From contig NC_043004.1 of NCBI RefSeq assembly GCF_006345805.1, forward strand, positions 93,000,001 through 93,064,000: a stretch of 64,000 bases of DNA, written 5' to 3'. Positions 1 to 13,290 of the stretch are shown here, in pieces. This DNA comes from Octopus sinensis. Lineage: Eukaryota. The notes below the pieces were generated by a model. That model had not been told where the DNA came from and ran no database searches. It saw only the letters and a program-made list of their open reading frames with translations. Every line of letters begins with the position of its first letter. The stretch's first letter is position 1. The translations under genes were made by a program, and so were the position numbers.

Positions 1-781
1 CAAAATAAAAAGTTTGAGACAAATAATGACCTGTTAAAAAAAATATATCCAATTAAAATTAAATTTAAAATGAACCAATGTATGAGTTTCTACATGGCTA
101 CACAAGCTGTTAGAATTAGCAGCCTAATCTCTGAAATTACACTCTATCACCTCTAAAATTAAATGACGGACATATTGGATAATGTAGTTTGCAATAAATT
201 ATGCGTGGAAAGTCAGTGTGGTCATACCTAGAATGTCTTTGATTATAGTTCTACTCAGTCAAGGCTGACTGGGAGCTAAACATACCACTATCATCACCAC
301 TCAACTAACATGTCCATATTCCATACACTCATATCCTGTACAAATCTTAAGCCAATGAGAGAGCTGCTTCATAGTTGCTGAACCTGTTAAAAAATAAGTC
401 AAATCTCTTATATAACAGGCTACCAATTTTTTTTTTAAAGTCCTTGGGCATCCATATAAGATTTTCTTGTTAGAATTATCTGCAATAAACTAGTTATACT
501 TTTATAAAACAGAATATTTTAACAATTTCTTTTTATACAATTTCTAATAATATTTAATTCTAAAAATATAATGATTTTTTTTAAACATTGTATGGCTAGG
601 AGGGTCCATTCGAGTAAAATAGGAATGAAAAGGGTTCAAAGATAAAAAAATGGTTGAGAAATACTGCTCTATAATGTTTCAGTTACATAGCAGTGATAAA
701 GTGTGGTTCAGTGCTGTGGGATGAAACCCAGAATTATATGATTGCAAAGTTGACTTCTTAAACATGTCTCTACTTGTGTGT

Positions 782-1300
782 ATCATCATCATCTTACGTC
801 CATTTTCCATGCTAGCATGGGTTGGACGATTCGACCGGGGTCTGGTAAGCCATGGAGGCTGCACCAGGCTCTAGTCTGATTTGGAAGTGTTTCTACAGCT
901 GGACGCCAACCACTCCATGAGTGTAGTGGGTGTTTTTTACGTGCCACCGGCACAGGGGCCAGGGAAGGCTGGCAAACGACCACGATCGGTTGGTGCTTTT
1001 ATGTGTCACTGACATGCACACCAGTCAGGCAGCGCTGGCATCTGCCACGTTCGGACGGTGCTTTTTACATGTCACTGGCACGGGTGTCTTAACTACAATT
1101 TCCATTTGATTTTTATTTTGATGTTGACATACTTGACTCACTAGGTCCCCTTAAGAAAGGCGGGTCACTCTACGATCCAAGGTCAGCACAGCAGGCCGTC
1201 CTGCAAGCCATGAACTCATTTCATTTGTCAGGTCTTCACAGTAACAGCATATCTCAGGGGTCTCGGTCTTCGTCATTTCCTCAGTGAGGCCCTACAAGCC
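782..1300 (-). mobile_element. 3' end of RTE-clade LINE (family 1): last coding codons, 3' UTR and (GAT)n tail
   Basis: The reverse complement contains ggcctcactgaggaaatgacgaagaccgagacc, similar to + strand copies at 61630-61660, followed by the common ...aacccatgctagcatggaaaa...gatgatgat tail. Confidence 0.75.
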
Positions 1301-1389
1301 ACCAGCACGGGTATCACAACTACAATATATATTTATATAAAACGCTTGATTCAATAGCACTGTGTACAAACTCTATACATGGAATGACC

Positions 1390-1592
1390 AATTTTAAATA
1401 CTATTGGATTTTACTCACAAGGTATTGGAATCTTAATTTTAAATACTATTGGATTTTACTCACAAGGTATTGGAATCTTAATTCTAAATACTATTGGATT
1501 TTACTCTTGGATTTGAATCTTAATTTTAAATACTATTGGATTTTACTCTTGGATTTGAATCTTAATTTTAAATCCTATTGGATTTGAATCTT
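1390..1592. repeat. Minisatellite: 45-bp x2, 42-bp x2 and a 29-bp partial unit
   Basis: Unit aattttaaatactattggattttactcacaaggtattggaatctt and shorter variants. It generates the repetitive ORF 1384..1587. Confidence 0.92.
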
Positions 1593-1732
1593 ATATGTAT
1601 ACCATACTGCCTAAATAATGGATCTGCAAATGCAATATCCCTGCATATCTCTCATCTATTTTCATTCCTCCACTTCACTCTCTATTTCATATCTTATCTA
1701 AATTAACTATTGCTTAACCATTTTCTCACACT

Positions 1733-1780
1733 GTTTCCGATGAAGGGATATAAAAAATATCCTGAAAACAGCTGTAAGAC
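1733..1780 (+). ncRNA. Degenerate minimal type I hammerhead-ribozyme-like motif (Penelope-like element type)
   Basis: gttt-CCGATGA-a-gggatat/atatcct stem II-GAAA(a)-c agct g TA-agac. Stem I gttt/agac, palindromic stem III acagctgt. Has U4C and one extra A. Confidence 0.5.
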
Positions 1781-2884
1781 CTATTTATAAATGTTCAAAA
1801 ATCTTCACAGCCTTGATTTTTTGTATATACACATGCTGATATATGATCTACGTTGGACTCCTTATTTGCATAATCACCGAACCTGGAGCTTAACTATGGT
1901 CTATCCAAAGCACTTACTCAGCATTATCTGACGCCTTTGGGTCTTACTGACACCATTACCTTTCATAACCTAATATATATATATATGCTTATATGTGTAT
2001 ATATTTGTGTGTTTCTATATGTGCATGTTTATGGTTATACATTTGTAGAGCAGAATATGCACATATTTCAACCCCCCTTTTGTGCTACTAGTTACCCCCT
2101 TCTCTCGCTGGAACCACTTTTAGAATCTATTCCTCATTCTCAATATCATCCCTTCCCACTATATTTTCCACTGATTACTTCTTGTGCCTCCCTGAGATAC
2201 ATCTGAGAACTGTCGTTACCTTACTTTTAACTCCATCTCTTATATGCTACGATTCTCATCACCTTGGCATAGCTGCCCTTGATTGCCTTTCTCCCACCTT
2301 TCTCTCTCCCACTCATTATAGCCACCCCTGTATACTTCTGACATCCATTTCTGTCACTGTACATCTTTCTCCCCCTCCTCCCAACCACCACACTTCCTAA
2401 TCTATTGCTCTCCTCCTTTCATTTTTAACCTCTTATCATTTCCTCCTTCCTGAACCACTTCTATTCTTTCAGCCGCCATACTGATATTTAACATCTGCCA
2501 CACCTCCATTCATTCACATTCGCATCCATCTTTCACCATCTGTCACTCTCTCATTTTCTAATGAATTCATCAATCCACTCTTCCTGGTTCATTATCTGCT
2601 TCTTTCCATCTACTCTCACTGACCCTTGTATAATATTGGGTAGTCATGTATCTCCTCCATAGTAAGCTGCCTTTGCCTATCCCTCTGTCATTTTAGCCTC
2701 TCAGTGACTGGCATAAAGCCACCTCCCTCTCTGCTACTACCCCACTTAGTCAAGGGGTCTTTTCTTTGTCTTGTGAGTTATTTGGCAACCTCATTAATGC
2801 TGGAGCCTGTCAAACTGTCTAAATCATACCAGCTTGGAATATGGACAATAATAATCATGATATATATATATATATTTGTGTATG

Positions 2885-3235
2885 TTGCCGACCGTGGCCG
2901 TTGCCAGCGCCGCCCCGACTGGCCTCCGTGCCCGTGGCACATAAAAAGCACCATCCGAACGTGGCCATTGCCAGCCTCGCCTGGCCCCCATGCCGGTGGC
3001 ACGTAAAAAGCACCATCCGTCCGTGGCCGTTTGCCAGCCCCGTCTGGCACCTGTGCCGGTGGCACGTAAAAAGCACCTACTACACTCACGGAGTGGTTGG
3101 TGTTAGGAAGGGCATCCAGCCATAGAAACATTGCCAGATCATACTGGGCTTGGTGCAGCCTTCTGGCTTCCCAGACCCCAGTTGAACCGTCCAACCCATG
3201 CTAGCATGGAAAGCGGACGCTAAATGATGATGATG
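2885..3235 (+). mobile_element. 5'-truncated RTE family-1 3' UTR with three ~60-bp internal tandem modules and (GAT)n tail
   Basis: Three copies of gtggcac(g/a)taaaaagcacc with mutually homologous spacers, then the shared tail ending atgatgatgatg. Confidence 0.75.
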
Positions 3236-3584
3236 TGTGAGTGTCCGTGCTATATATATATGTATGAGTGTCCATACTGGCTACATACATTTTCTTCCAT
3301 GCTATCTTGTTTCTTTCATATTAAAAGTTCTTTTCATTTCCTTTGTACTTGGATGTCTTTCCTGCTGCTAAGCACTTTCAGCTTTAACTGAAAGCAACAT
3401 CTATGCTTAGTAAGGTAAATTAAAGTAATGAGTGTAGCCTCATTTACTCATTGACACGCCTAGTGGGTTGTGTTATTTATAGGTTTGAACTAATTAATCT
3501 TGTAGTCAGCTGGAATCTTCTGCAGTGTGGGTTGTGTAGAACAGTGATCTACTTACTACTGCTACTACAGCCAGTAATAATAAT

Positions 3585-4385
3585 AATAATTCTTTCTACT
3601 ATTTAAGCACAAAGCCTGAAATTTTGTAGGGAGAGGGCTTGTCGGTGACACCAATCCAAGTACTAGGTTGCTACTTTAGTTTTTTGATCCCAAAAGAATG
3701 AAAGGTGAAGTTGATCTTGGCAGAATTTGAACTCAGAACCTAAGTTGGAAATGTTGCTAAGCATTTTGTCCAGTCTGGTGTACTAATGATTCTACCAGCT
3801 TGCTACTTTACCAATAAATTACAATGGTTTCAAATTTTGGCACAAGGCCAGCAATTTGGGGGGATAGGTAAGTTAAGTGCATCGATCCCTGTACTTGGCT
3901 GGTACTTATTTTATTGACCCTCAAAAGGATGAAAGGTAAAGTCGACCGTGACAGAATTTGAACTCAAAACGCAAACACAGATGAAATACTACTAAACATT
4001 AAGCCTGGCATGCTAACAATTCTGCCAGCTCACTGCCTTACCAATTATAATAATCCTTTCTACTAAAGGCACAAGGCCTGAAATTTTGTTGGGAGGGTTA
4101 AGTCGATCACATTGACCTCAGTGCTCAACTGGTACTTATTTCATCGACCCCAAAAGGATTAAAGCCAAAGTTCACCTCAGTGGAATTTGAACTCAGAACA
4201 CAAAGAGGGACGAAATACCACTAAGCATTTCATCCGATGTGCTAACAATTGTGCCACCTCACCACCTAAATGACGATGATGATGATAATAATAATAATGG
4301 TTTTAAATTTTAACACAAGGCCAGCAATTTTAGTGGGAGGGATAAGTCAATTACATTGACCCCTAGTGTTCAACTGGTACATTAA
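3585..4385 (-). mobile_element. Head-to-tail cluster of about 3.5 tRNA-derived SINE-like copies (family A)
   Basis: Repeated aggatgaaaggyaaagtcgac...gaatttgaactcagaa...attctgccagct blocks separated by (ATT)n tails. Confidence 0.8.
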
Positions 4386-4635
4386 TGCCTTGATATACAA
4401 GTTAATTTGTTCCCAGAGACCACTTGTAACTTGAAAACTTGTGAAGCAGAGCAATAATTTCCCATAGTAGCAATGTTGTAAATCATAATTCGTTGGCGGA
4501 AAAATATTTTACCTATAAAATTTATAATACCTGTAAATAAGTGGCAGTAGGACGACAGTAGAAAGGTAAAGAATATTTTATGTAAAGTAAAAAGAATGTC
4601 AAGATCATTTATAATAAAAAATATTCCCAATGACT

Positions 4636-5988
4636 GAGAATCAGTTTAGATGAGATGCAGTTTGGGTCCGTACCAAGAAAAAGCACCACTGGTGCTGTAT
4701 TTCTGGTAAGACAGCTGCAAGAGAAATACCTAGCCAAAGATAAACCTCTGTACCTGGCTTTCGTTGACATGGAGAAAGCTTTTGATGGGGTCCCTTGATC
4801 CCTTATCTGGTGGTCAATTAGGAAACCAGGGATAGATGAAGATGAATGGTTAGTGATAGCTGTGCAAGCCATGTTCAGGGATGCTGTCAGTAAGGTGAGG
4901 GTTGGCAACAAGTACAGTGAAGAATTCCAGGTAGCGGTAGGAGTCCACCAAGGTTCAGTCCTTAGTGCCATCATATTTATCACAGGCAATAACAGAGGAA
5001 TTCAAGACAAGATGCCCCTGGGAGCTCCTCTATGCTGACAACCTTGCTCTAATTGCTGAGTCACTATCAAACAAGAGAAGTTTCAGGTGTGGAAGCAAGG
5101 ATTAGAATCGAAGGGCCTTAGAGTCAACCTATCTAAAACCAAAGTCCTAATAAGTAGGAAGCCAGACAAGCCACAAATCCCTTCAGGTAGATGGCCCTGC
5201 TCTATCTGTAGAAAAAGCGTAGGTAGAAACTCTATAAGATGTACCCAGTGTAAGCTATAGACACATAAGAGGTGCAGCGCAGCAATATAAAAAGGAAGGC
5301 TAACTGGGAAGTTAGTTTTTGTATATGGCAATAAACACTGAAATGTGCAGAGAACAACTTCTGCCACATTCCAGGGAGAAAAACTAGAAGTAGTTGATAG
5401 CTTCCATTATCTAGGTGACCAAATCAGTAGTGGGGGTGGGTGCACTGAAAGTGTAACTACTAGAATAAGAATAGCCTGGGCAAAGTTCAGAGAGCTCTTA
5501 CCTCTGCTGGTAACAAAGGGCCTCTCATGCAGAGTAAAAGGTAGACTGTATGACACGTGTGTACGAACAGCCATGCTACATGGCAATGAAACATGGGCCA
5601 TGACTGCTGAGGACATGCATAAGCTTGCAAGGAATGAAGTCAGTATGCTCCGTTGGATGTGTAATGTTAGCGTGCATACTCAACAGTGTAAGTACCTTGA
5701 GAGAAGAGTTGGACCTAAGAAGCATCAGATGTGGTGTGCAAGAGAGACGACTGCGCTGGTATGATCATGTGGTGAGAATGGATGAGGATAGCTGTGTGAA
5801 AAAGTGCTATATCATAGCGGTTGAGGGAACTTGTGGAAGAGGTAGTCCCAGGAAGACCTGAGATGAGGTAGTGAAGCTGTAGAAACTGCCAGATCAGATT
5901 GGAGCCTGGTGCAGTCATTTGGTTCGCCAGTCCCCAGTCAAATCGTCCAAGCCATGCCAGCATGTAAAACGGATGTTAAATGATGATT
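4636..5988 (+). mobile_element. Decayed RTE-clade non-LTR retrotransposon (family 1), RT and C-terminal ORF2 fragment
   Basis: Interrupted frames give MQFG...RQLQEKY...LAFVDMEKAFD, GVHQGSVLS, ELLYADNL, LEVVDSFHYLG...RIRIAWAKFREL, RRLRWY.HVVRM, with stops and frameshifts. Confidence 0.93.
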
Positions 5989-6710
5989 ATTATTATTGTT
6001 TTCTGAATCATTTTCACTCACACTAGACTTGTGCACACCTTCACTTGTAGACGCAATCGCTGATTCACAAGCACTCATAGGTGACTTGTTGATTTCTTTT
6101 TAAAAAAACAAGTTCAGAGTTGTTTGCTTAGAAGTTTTTTTTCACTCTATAAATTTGTCAGTAACATGCAAAAGCATTTGTTATGGTAGTAGAAACTTTT
6201 GCTCTTCATTCAAAATTTGGATCTTGTGCTTGAAAAATAAAACTCGTAAAGTGAGGTATTGTATTTATTTTACTTAACCTGAAAAGACGAAAGGTGCAGT
6301 TGACCTTGGAAGAAAATTTGAATTCAGAAGTTAAAGAGCTGTAAGAAATGTTGCTAAGTATTTTCTCCAATCATCATCATTGATTAATGTCTGCCTTCCA
6401 TGCTGGCATGGGTGGAACAGTTTGACAGGAGCTGGCCAAGCAGAAGCCTGCATCAGATTTTTGCAATACCCTTAAAGCCAGGAACTTTTCAGTACCCCCT
6501 CGTATGTATCTTAACATCGACAGTTGTTAACAAGTGTCTCAGTCATACAAGCAGTGTCATTCATCTCCAATGTTGTACATGAACATATCAGTGAGGAAGT
6601 CTCACTTTGCTTGGAAACAAGATGGTTGGTGATAGGAAGGGCATCCAGCCATAGAAAATCTGCCTCAAACTCCATCCAACCCAGGCAAACATGGAAAAGT
6701 GGATGCTCAA

Positions 6711-7063
6711 TACTCTTTACTGTTTTACTTGTTTCAGTTATTTGACTGCGGCCATGCTGGAGCACCGCCTTTAATCGAGCAATTCGATCCTGGGACTTAT
6801 TCTTTTGTAAGCCCAGTACTTATTCTATCGGTCTCTGTTGCCGAACCGCTAAGTGACGGGGACATAAACACACCAGCATCGGTTGTCAAGCAATGCTAGG
6901 GGGACAAACACAGACACACATACACTCATATATATATATATGTACATATATACGACGGGCTTCTTTCAGTTTCCGTCTACCAAATCCACTCACAGGGCTT
7001 TGGTCGGCCCGAGGCTATAGCAGAAGACACTTGCCCAAGGTGCCACACAGCCACTCCTGCGCC
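6711..7063 (-). mobile_element. SINE-like family B copy with an internal deletion in the head
   Basis: Homologous to 9053-9457 and lacks the gcagtgggactgaacc... segment. Confidence 0.8.
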
Positions 7064-7639
7064 AATCATCATCAATGATGATGATTTCAATTTTTGTTGC
7101 ACTTGGCTATTTTTTGTCTACATCCCACTGATAATTTCTGACTTTAGTGAACTACATTGGCTGTGTTGTGTATGACAGGCCTTCAATTCTTCATAACGAC
7201 AAACAAAACACTTCTCTGCTTAATTATGCTCCCAGGTTCAGTTCTGTCAAGGTCGACTTCACCTCTCATCATTTGTAGTGCGGTTGGGGGGGGGGGAGGA
7301 GTCATAAAGTGAAAGTACCAGTTAAATAGGGAGAGATGGATTGAAATAACTGATTCCACCCCCTCCTCCCACTCCAGTATGTGTGGCCCTGTGCCTTTCT
7401 TAGAAATCATATGGATTCTTGGGAAGAATTCTCTTTTGTTGATGTTATTATTTTTGATGGGTTCTGTCGTAATATTTTGTGTGGTTTTGGTTGTTATTGT
7501 TGTTGCCCTGAATTGAGAACTTCTTGCTTGCTAGCCTAGTTAATAATTTTTTTCGTGTTGTAACATGAATTGAATTGTCAGACAAAATGTAGTACTGTTT
7601 TGCTTGTGGTACAAAAAAAATCTTTGTATCTTTTTATCC

Positions 7640-7830
7640 CAATATCATCATCGTCATCACTGACATTATCATCACCATTAGCATCATGACCGTCATCATC
7701 ATCATCGTTCTCATTACCACCACCACCACCACAACTTCTATTTTCATCAACAGTACTGCCATCTCCATCACTGTCATCACCAACATCATCACCACCACCA
7801 CTTTCATCACCATTACCATCATCGTCTTTT
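7640..7830. repeat. Degenerate (CAT/CAC)n trinucleotide tract
   Basis: Directly visible. It gives rise to low-complexity D/G and T/I ORFs. Confidence 0.9.
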
Positions 7831-8287
7831 TTTTCCTTTCCCTTTACCCTCTTCAGAGTTGGTTTCCATGTATACCAGATATAACAAACAAACACAATGA
7901 CAATATGAAAACCCCTCATGTTTTCTCTCTCTCCTCTTTCTCACCACTGTTATCCATCATCCTCCACCTGTCAATGCTGATTTGTCTCCACCTTGGCAGC
8001 AGTTGCCATGCCCACAGAATGATACGAGAGAGAAGGAAGCCGCTTGGACAGATGTATAGCTAGCTGCTAGCTATATGATGATGATGATGATAGTGGTTTA
8101 GACACATAAATGAAAACAAATAAAATAAAATCAAGAAATTACTCAACAGTTGACATTCTTTTTTCCTTTATTAATCTGTTTATAAATAAATAACTATTAC
8201 CACCACAGTCACCACCACAACCTCAATCACTAACATTACTATCATCATCATCATCATCCACACCACTCATTTTACTCTTGTTGTAGA

Positions 8288-8395
8288 TCTCTCTCTCTCT
8301 CTCGTTCACTCACACTATCTCTCTCTCTCTCTTGTTCACTCACACTATCTCTCTCTCTCTCGTTCACACACACTATCTCTCTCATACCCTCTCTC
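8288..8395. repeat. Three ~30-bp units (CT)n-gttcactcacactat
   Basis: Directly visible tandem repeat. Confidence 0.8.
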
Positions 8396-9052
8396 TAGTT
8401 CTCTCTATCTCTAATGCATGCTTTTTATGTGTGTGTGTGTGTGTGTGTGTGTACTGATTGTTATATGCCTCCACTCTTGTTAATCACTCACTGCATTCAC
8501 CTCTACCCCCACCTCCTATATCCATTTGTTTCTCTCTTCTCTTTTACGAAATTATCCCCCACCCTCCTTATATCCACTGTCCATATTCTCTCTTACACTC
8601 ACCTTTGTGTTTATACCTTGAGAGTTTGCTCTGGCACCTTGTCACGCTTTTTTTACCTTCTCAATTACTCCCACCTACCCTCCTATAATGCAGGTGAACC
8701 ATGTACCTCTCTAGGAAGGCATCTATATTTGTCTCTCTATCGTAGTTTAAGCCTTTTAACATCTGGCATAAACTCAATGCCTCCTCTCTCAAATACCCTC
8801 CCCCTATTTAGTCGAGGTGGGGGGGATCTTCCTTTTGTTTTGTTGTCTTCTAAGTTACTTGGTGTCCTCACGAGGCAAAAAGTACCTAGTACACTCTTTA
8901 AAGTGGTTGGCACTAGGAAGAGCATCCAGCTGTACAAATCACTCCAAAGCTAACTGGAGTTTGGCACAGTCTTGCAGTTTATCAGATTCTATCGAATTGT
9001 CCAACCCATACCAACATGGAAACTGGGTATTAAAGGATGATGATAATCATAC

Positions 9053-9214
9053 GTGGCTGTGTGGTTGGTAGCTTGTTTACCAACCACATGGTTCCGGGTT
9101 CAGTCCCACTGTGTGGCATCTTGGGCAAGTGTCTTCTGCTATAGCCTCGGGCCGACCAAAGCCTTGTGAGTGGATTTGGTAGACGGAAACTGAAAGAAGC
9201 CTGTCGTATATATG

Positions 9215-9250
<36 letters not shown>

Positions 9251-9457
9251 AGTGAGTTTGTATGTCTGTGTTTGTCCCCCCAACATTGCTTGACAGCCGA
9301 TGCTGGTGTGTTTATGTCCCCGTCACTTAGCGGTTCGGTAAAGAGACCGATAGAATAAGTACTGGGCTTACAAAGACTAAGTCTGGGGTCGAGTTCCTCG
9401 ATTAAAGGCGGTGCTCCAGCATGGCCACAGTCAAATGACTGAAACGAGTAAAAGAGT
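9053..9457 (+). mobile_element. SINE-like family B (tRNA-like head, conserved central domain, internal (TA)/(TG)n, ...gtaaaagagta tail)
   Basis: Near-identical copies at 17442, 29720, 35042 and 60993. ggttccgggttcagtccc resembles a Pol III B box. Confidence 0.85.
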
Positions 9458-9993
9458 AATATATGTATGTATATCTCCTGCATTTCAGTTTGGTTGACTG
9501 TACCTCCTTATGGTACCTATTTTTAGTTTGATGGTCTGTATTTTTTTTTATACAATTATCATGGAATTTACATTTGTATAGTGCAGTCTACATAGCTGTA
9601 GAAATTGTGCTTCATCATTGTACTTGTTTACGAGTCAACGCTGAGTGAGCAGGATTATAATTAATGGCATTTCAACCATGACCATACCATCATTTTGTAC
9701 ATCAAGGATTATATTCAATTTCAATATAAATGATTTATCTCAACCACAAAATTACAGCATATTAATGATGTATGAACAGATAAAACAGAGAACAGAACAA
9801 TTGTGGTTGCAGGTTTGTAACAAAGACAAAGAATTGGTTGCAAGCCGTCAAGAAGCCATTGTGATTTTTATAGCTGAAACTGTAGCAAAAAAAAAAAAAT
9901 AAAAAATATAAAGAAATAAGTATTTAAAATTGGATTGAAATATTTACAATTATGAAGGCACATGGCTCAGCAGTTAGTGTCTGGCTCACAATC

Positions 9994-10189
9994 TGTTTCT
10001 TTATTACCCACAAGGGGCTAAATATAGAGGGGACAAACAAGGACAGACAAACGGATTAAGTCGATTACATCGACCCCGAAAGGATGAAAGGCAAAGTCGA
10101 CCTCGGCGGAATTTGAACTCAGAACGTAATGGCAGACGAAATACGGCTACGCATTTCGCCCGGCGTGCTAACGGTTCTGCCAGCTCGCC
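9994..10189 (-). mobile_element. SINE-like family A copy nested in another SINE head, with 15-bp TSD
   Basis: gtctggctcacaatc at 9979-9993 and 10190-10204. Confidence 0.88.
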
Positions 10190-11992
10190 GTCTGGCTCAC
10201 AATCATGAAGTAGTGAGTTCAATTCCTGGACTGGGCTGTGTGTTGTGTTCTTGAGCAAGACACTTCATTTCATGTTGCTCCAGTTCACTCAGCTGTAGAA
10301 ATGAGTTGTGACATCACTGATGCCAAGCTGTATCAGCCTTGGATAACATCAGTGGTGTGGAGGAGGGGGGCTGGTTTGCATAGGCATCTGCTGGTCTTCC
10401 TTAAACAACCTTGCCTGGATTTGTGCCTTGGAGGGGAGCTTTCTATGTGCAAATCCATTGTCATTCATGACCGAAGTGTGTATTTACCCTTTACCATTTA
10501 CAGTTAGACTGACTAGCTCACTTAGTTGTCTTGAGCCAATGCGAAGGACAACATTGTTGTTGGGAGATTAAATACTGACTCTTTAAGCAACATCCTAGTC
10601 ATTTAAGAAATCATAGTGTTCAGTTTCTTACAAGCTCAACATCAGCTGGAAAACTCATGCTTGGGTCGTAATGGAAGAAAGTTCTTGTATAACCATCAAT
10701 ACTTGATTAAATGTCTTGGACAAATGAACAATGAGTGTAATCTTAGCTGTATAGTTAGTTTGTGTTTAATATTGAACTCTTCATGTACATATTTGCAACC
10801 ACTGGTGCAATCACACCCACCTGTTCCTTCAAAACAATGCTCCAGCATGGCCACAGCCTCTGATTGAAACCAGTAAAAGTAATTGCTTTGTTGAGCATGT
10901 GAACAGGCCAATCAGTTTGTTCACATCTGAAGGTTTTGGTAAAGGGAGGTTTGATAAATTCAATCTGAGTGTGACAACTGTCATGGTTCTGCACATATCT
11001 CTGGTGACATACATCCAAGTGCAGCATGCAGGTTAATGAGATAACTGTTATTTTTTGGTGCCTTGACTAAGATGGTGGAATTGTGTCCTAAGGTGTTTTT
11101 GGAGGAGTTGTAGCTATGTTTGGACTAAGCAGTGTAGTTTTCTTAGGATGGGTGCTGTATTAGTGTTTAGACTCAGGTCAGCCTTGAAGAAGATTTATTG
11201 TCAAAAGTATTCTATTGGTGACCATCCTGTTTTCTTTGCATATCCAGGACTGTGTCATATCAATGTATTTGTTTGTTTTTTTTAAGACAATAGTCAGCAA
11301 TTGAGGGAATTTTGCTGCTATTCCTAGTAGTTCGAATGACCACATAGAGGTTCTCTCATTGGCTTATTATTGATGCCTGAGACTTGAGAGTCATTGTGCA
11401 TGTAGTGGCAGGCGCTGTATAGGTTTGATCTTGCAGTAATAATGAATAAAGCACCTAACACATCTGTATAGCTTTATATTTTGTGCATTTCATTTCATTG
11501 TGCAGATGATCTGTAGAAATGCAGCATTTGTGATTTTGTTTTCTTTTCATTTGTTATTGGAAAGATTGTGGCTCAAGACAAATCTATGCTGTATCTATGT
11601 TGTTTGCACACTAATGTTGCTTGTTTCTTTCTGTTGGCTCAATGTGGTAATTGTGAATGCTTTAGTCAAATTTGTGTTATTTTGCTTTTTAGATTACATC
11701 TATTTGTTCTGTGAATATTGTAGATAGTTGTATAGAATTGATACCGTTTTAGTCTCCATTATGTTGAGTGTGATGGTGGAATGTATCTGATGTTTTCTGA
11801 TATAAATATTTTTTAGTATCCTTTGGAAGTCAAAGATATATATATATATATATATAATATCCACTGTGGGATCAATTCTACAGCACAACACACCTTGGGC
11901 AAGTGTCTTCTATTGTAGCCCTGGATCAAAGAAAGCCTTGTGAGTGAACGTCATAGCTGGATACCAAAGATGCTCATTGTGTGTGTGTGTCT

Positions 11993-11994
<2 letters not shown>

Positions 11995-12053
<59 letters not shown>

Positions 12054-12244
12054 TATATAATATACATACATACACATATATATATATATATAATACATAT
12101 ATATATATATACATACATACACATATATATATATATATACATACATACATATATATATATATACATACATACATATATATATATACATACATACATATAT
12201 ATATATATAATATATATATATATACATACATACTATATATATAT

Positions 12245-12293
<49 letters not shown>

Positions 12294-12561
12294 CTTACAT
12301 ACATACATATATATATATATATACATACATATATATATATATATATACATACATATATATATATATATACATACATATATATATATATACATACATACAT
12401 ATATATATACATACATACATACATACATATATATATATACATACATATATATACATATATATATATATATATACATACATATATATATATATACATACAT
12501 ACATATATATATATATACTACATACATACATATATATATATATACATACATACATATATAT

Positions 12562-12648
<87 letters not shown>

Positions 12649-12650
12649 CA
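11995..12650. repeat. About 650-bp compound (TA)n/(TACA)n microsatellite
   Basis: Directly visible. It is the source of the long IYIY ORFs. Confidence 0.98.
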
Positions 12651-13290
12651 TGTTTGCATGTGTGTGTTTACCCTTGTCTTGACATAGAAGTTCCTTTCCA
12701 GTCTTCTGTGAGAAACATGTCTGGCCATGGGGAAATATCTTCTTTGTAAAAGGTGAGGGTTGGCAGCAAGAAGGGCATCCAGCCATAGAAAGCTTCCTCA
12801 ACAAATTCCATCTGACTCATGCAAGCATGGAAAAGTGAGTGTAAAATGATGGTTTTATATATACATATCATCATCATCATTTAACGTTCGCTTTCCATGC
12901 TAGCATGGGTTGGATGAGTGAGGGCTGGCGAACCAGATGGCTGCACCAGGCTCCAATCTTGATTTGGCAATGTTTCTACAGCTGGATGCCCTTCCTAACG
13001 CCAAGATATAAACCCATCTCTGTAATGTATAAAAACATTTTCTCATTTTTTTAAAACTGAGTGAGAATGCTGACAGAAATGACACTTGAAAAAGTATCAA
13101 GAATAACTGATAAGATTTGGAGCATCATCATTTGTCATCATATCCATATTTGGTGTAAAATGTGATACATAAATGTGTTATATATTGCAGAGATTTTTAG
13201 GTTTGGAAAAAAAAAAGAAAAAAGAAAGAGAACAGTTTTGCTGATTAGCAAAAGAACACTACTTAAATATTGTTTTGTTTTCCATTCCAG

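Noticed and set aside
2885-3080. Repeat-spacer-like array of gtggcacgtaaaaagcacc resembling CRISPR (also 52490-52680 and 61800-62370)
   Set aside because: The spacers are homologous to each other, the array is in a LINE 3' UTR, the DNA is eukaryotic and there are no cas genes.
7578-8063. Asp/Gly-rich and Thr/Ile-rich ORFs
   Set aside because: Trinucleotide (CAT/CAC)n low complexity with no splice or homology support.
9645-9902. ORF containing MYEQIKQR... as a possible ARFGEF first exon
   Set aside because: It lacks the conserved MF..RALEKIL..KE motif and a suitable donor. The upstream exons were not found and probably lie outside the window.
11940-12804. Long ORFs of up to 269 aa (IYIYIH...)
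   Set aside because: They are translations of a (TA)n/(TACA)n microsatellite, which lacks stops in several frames.
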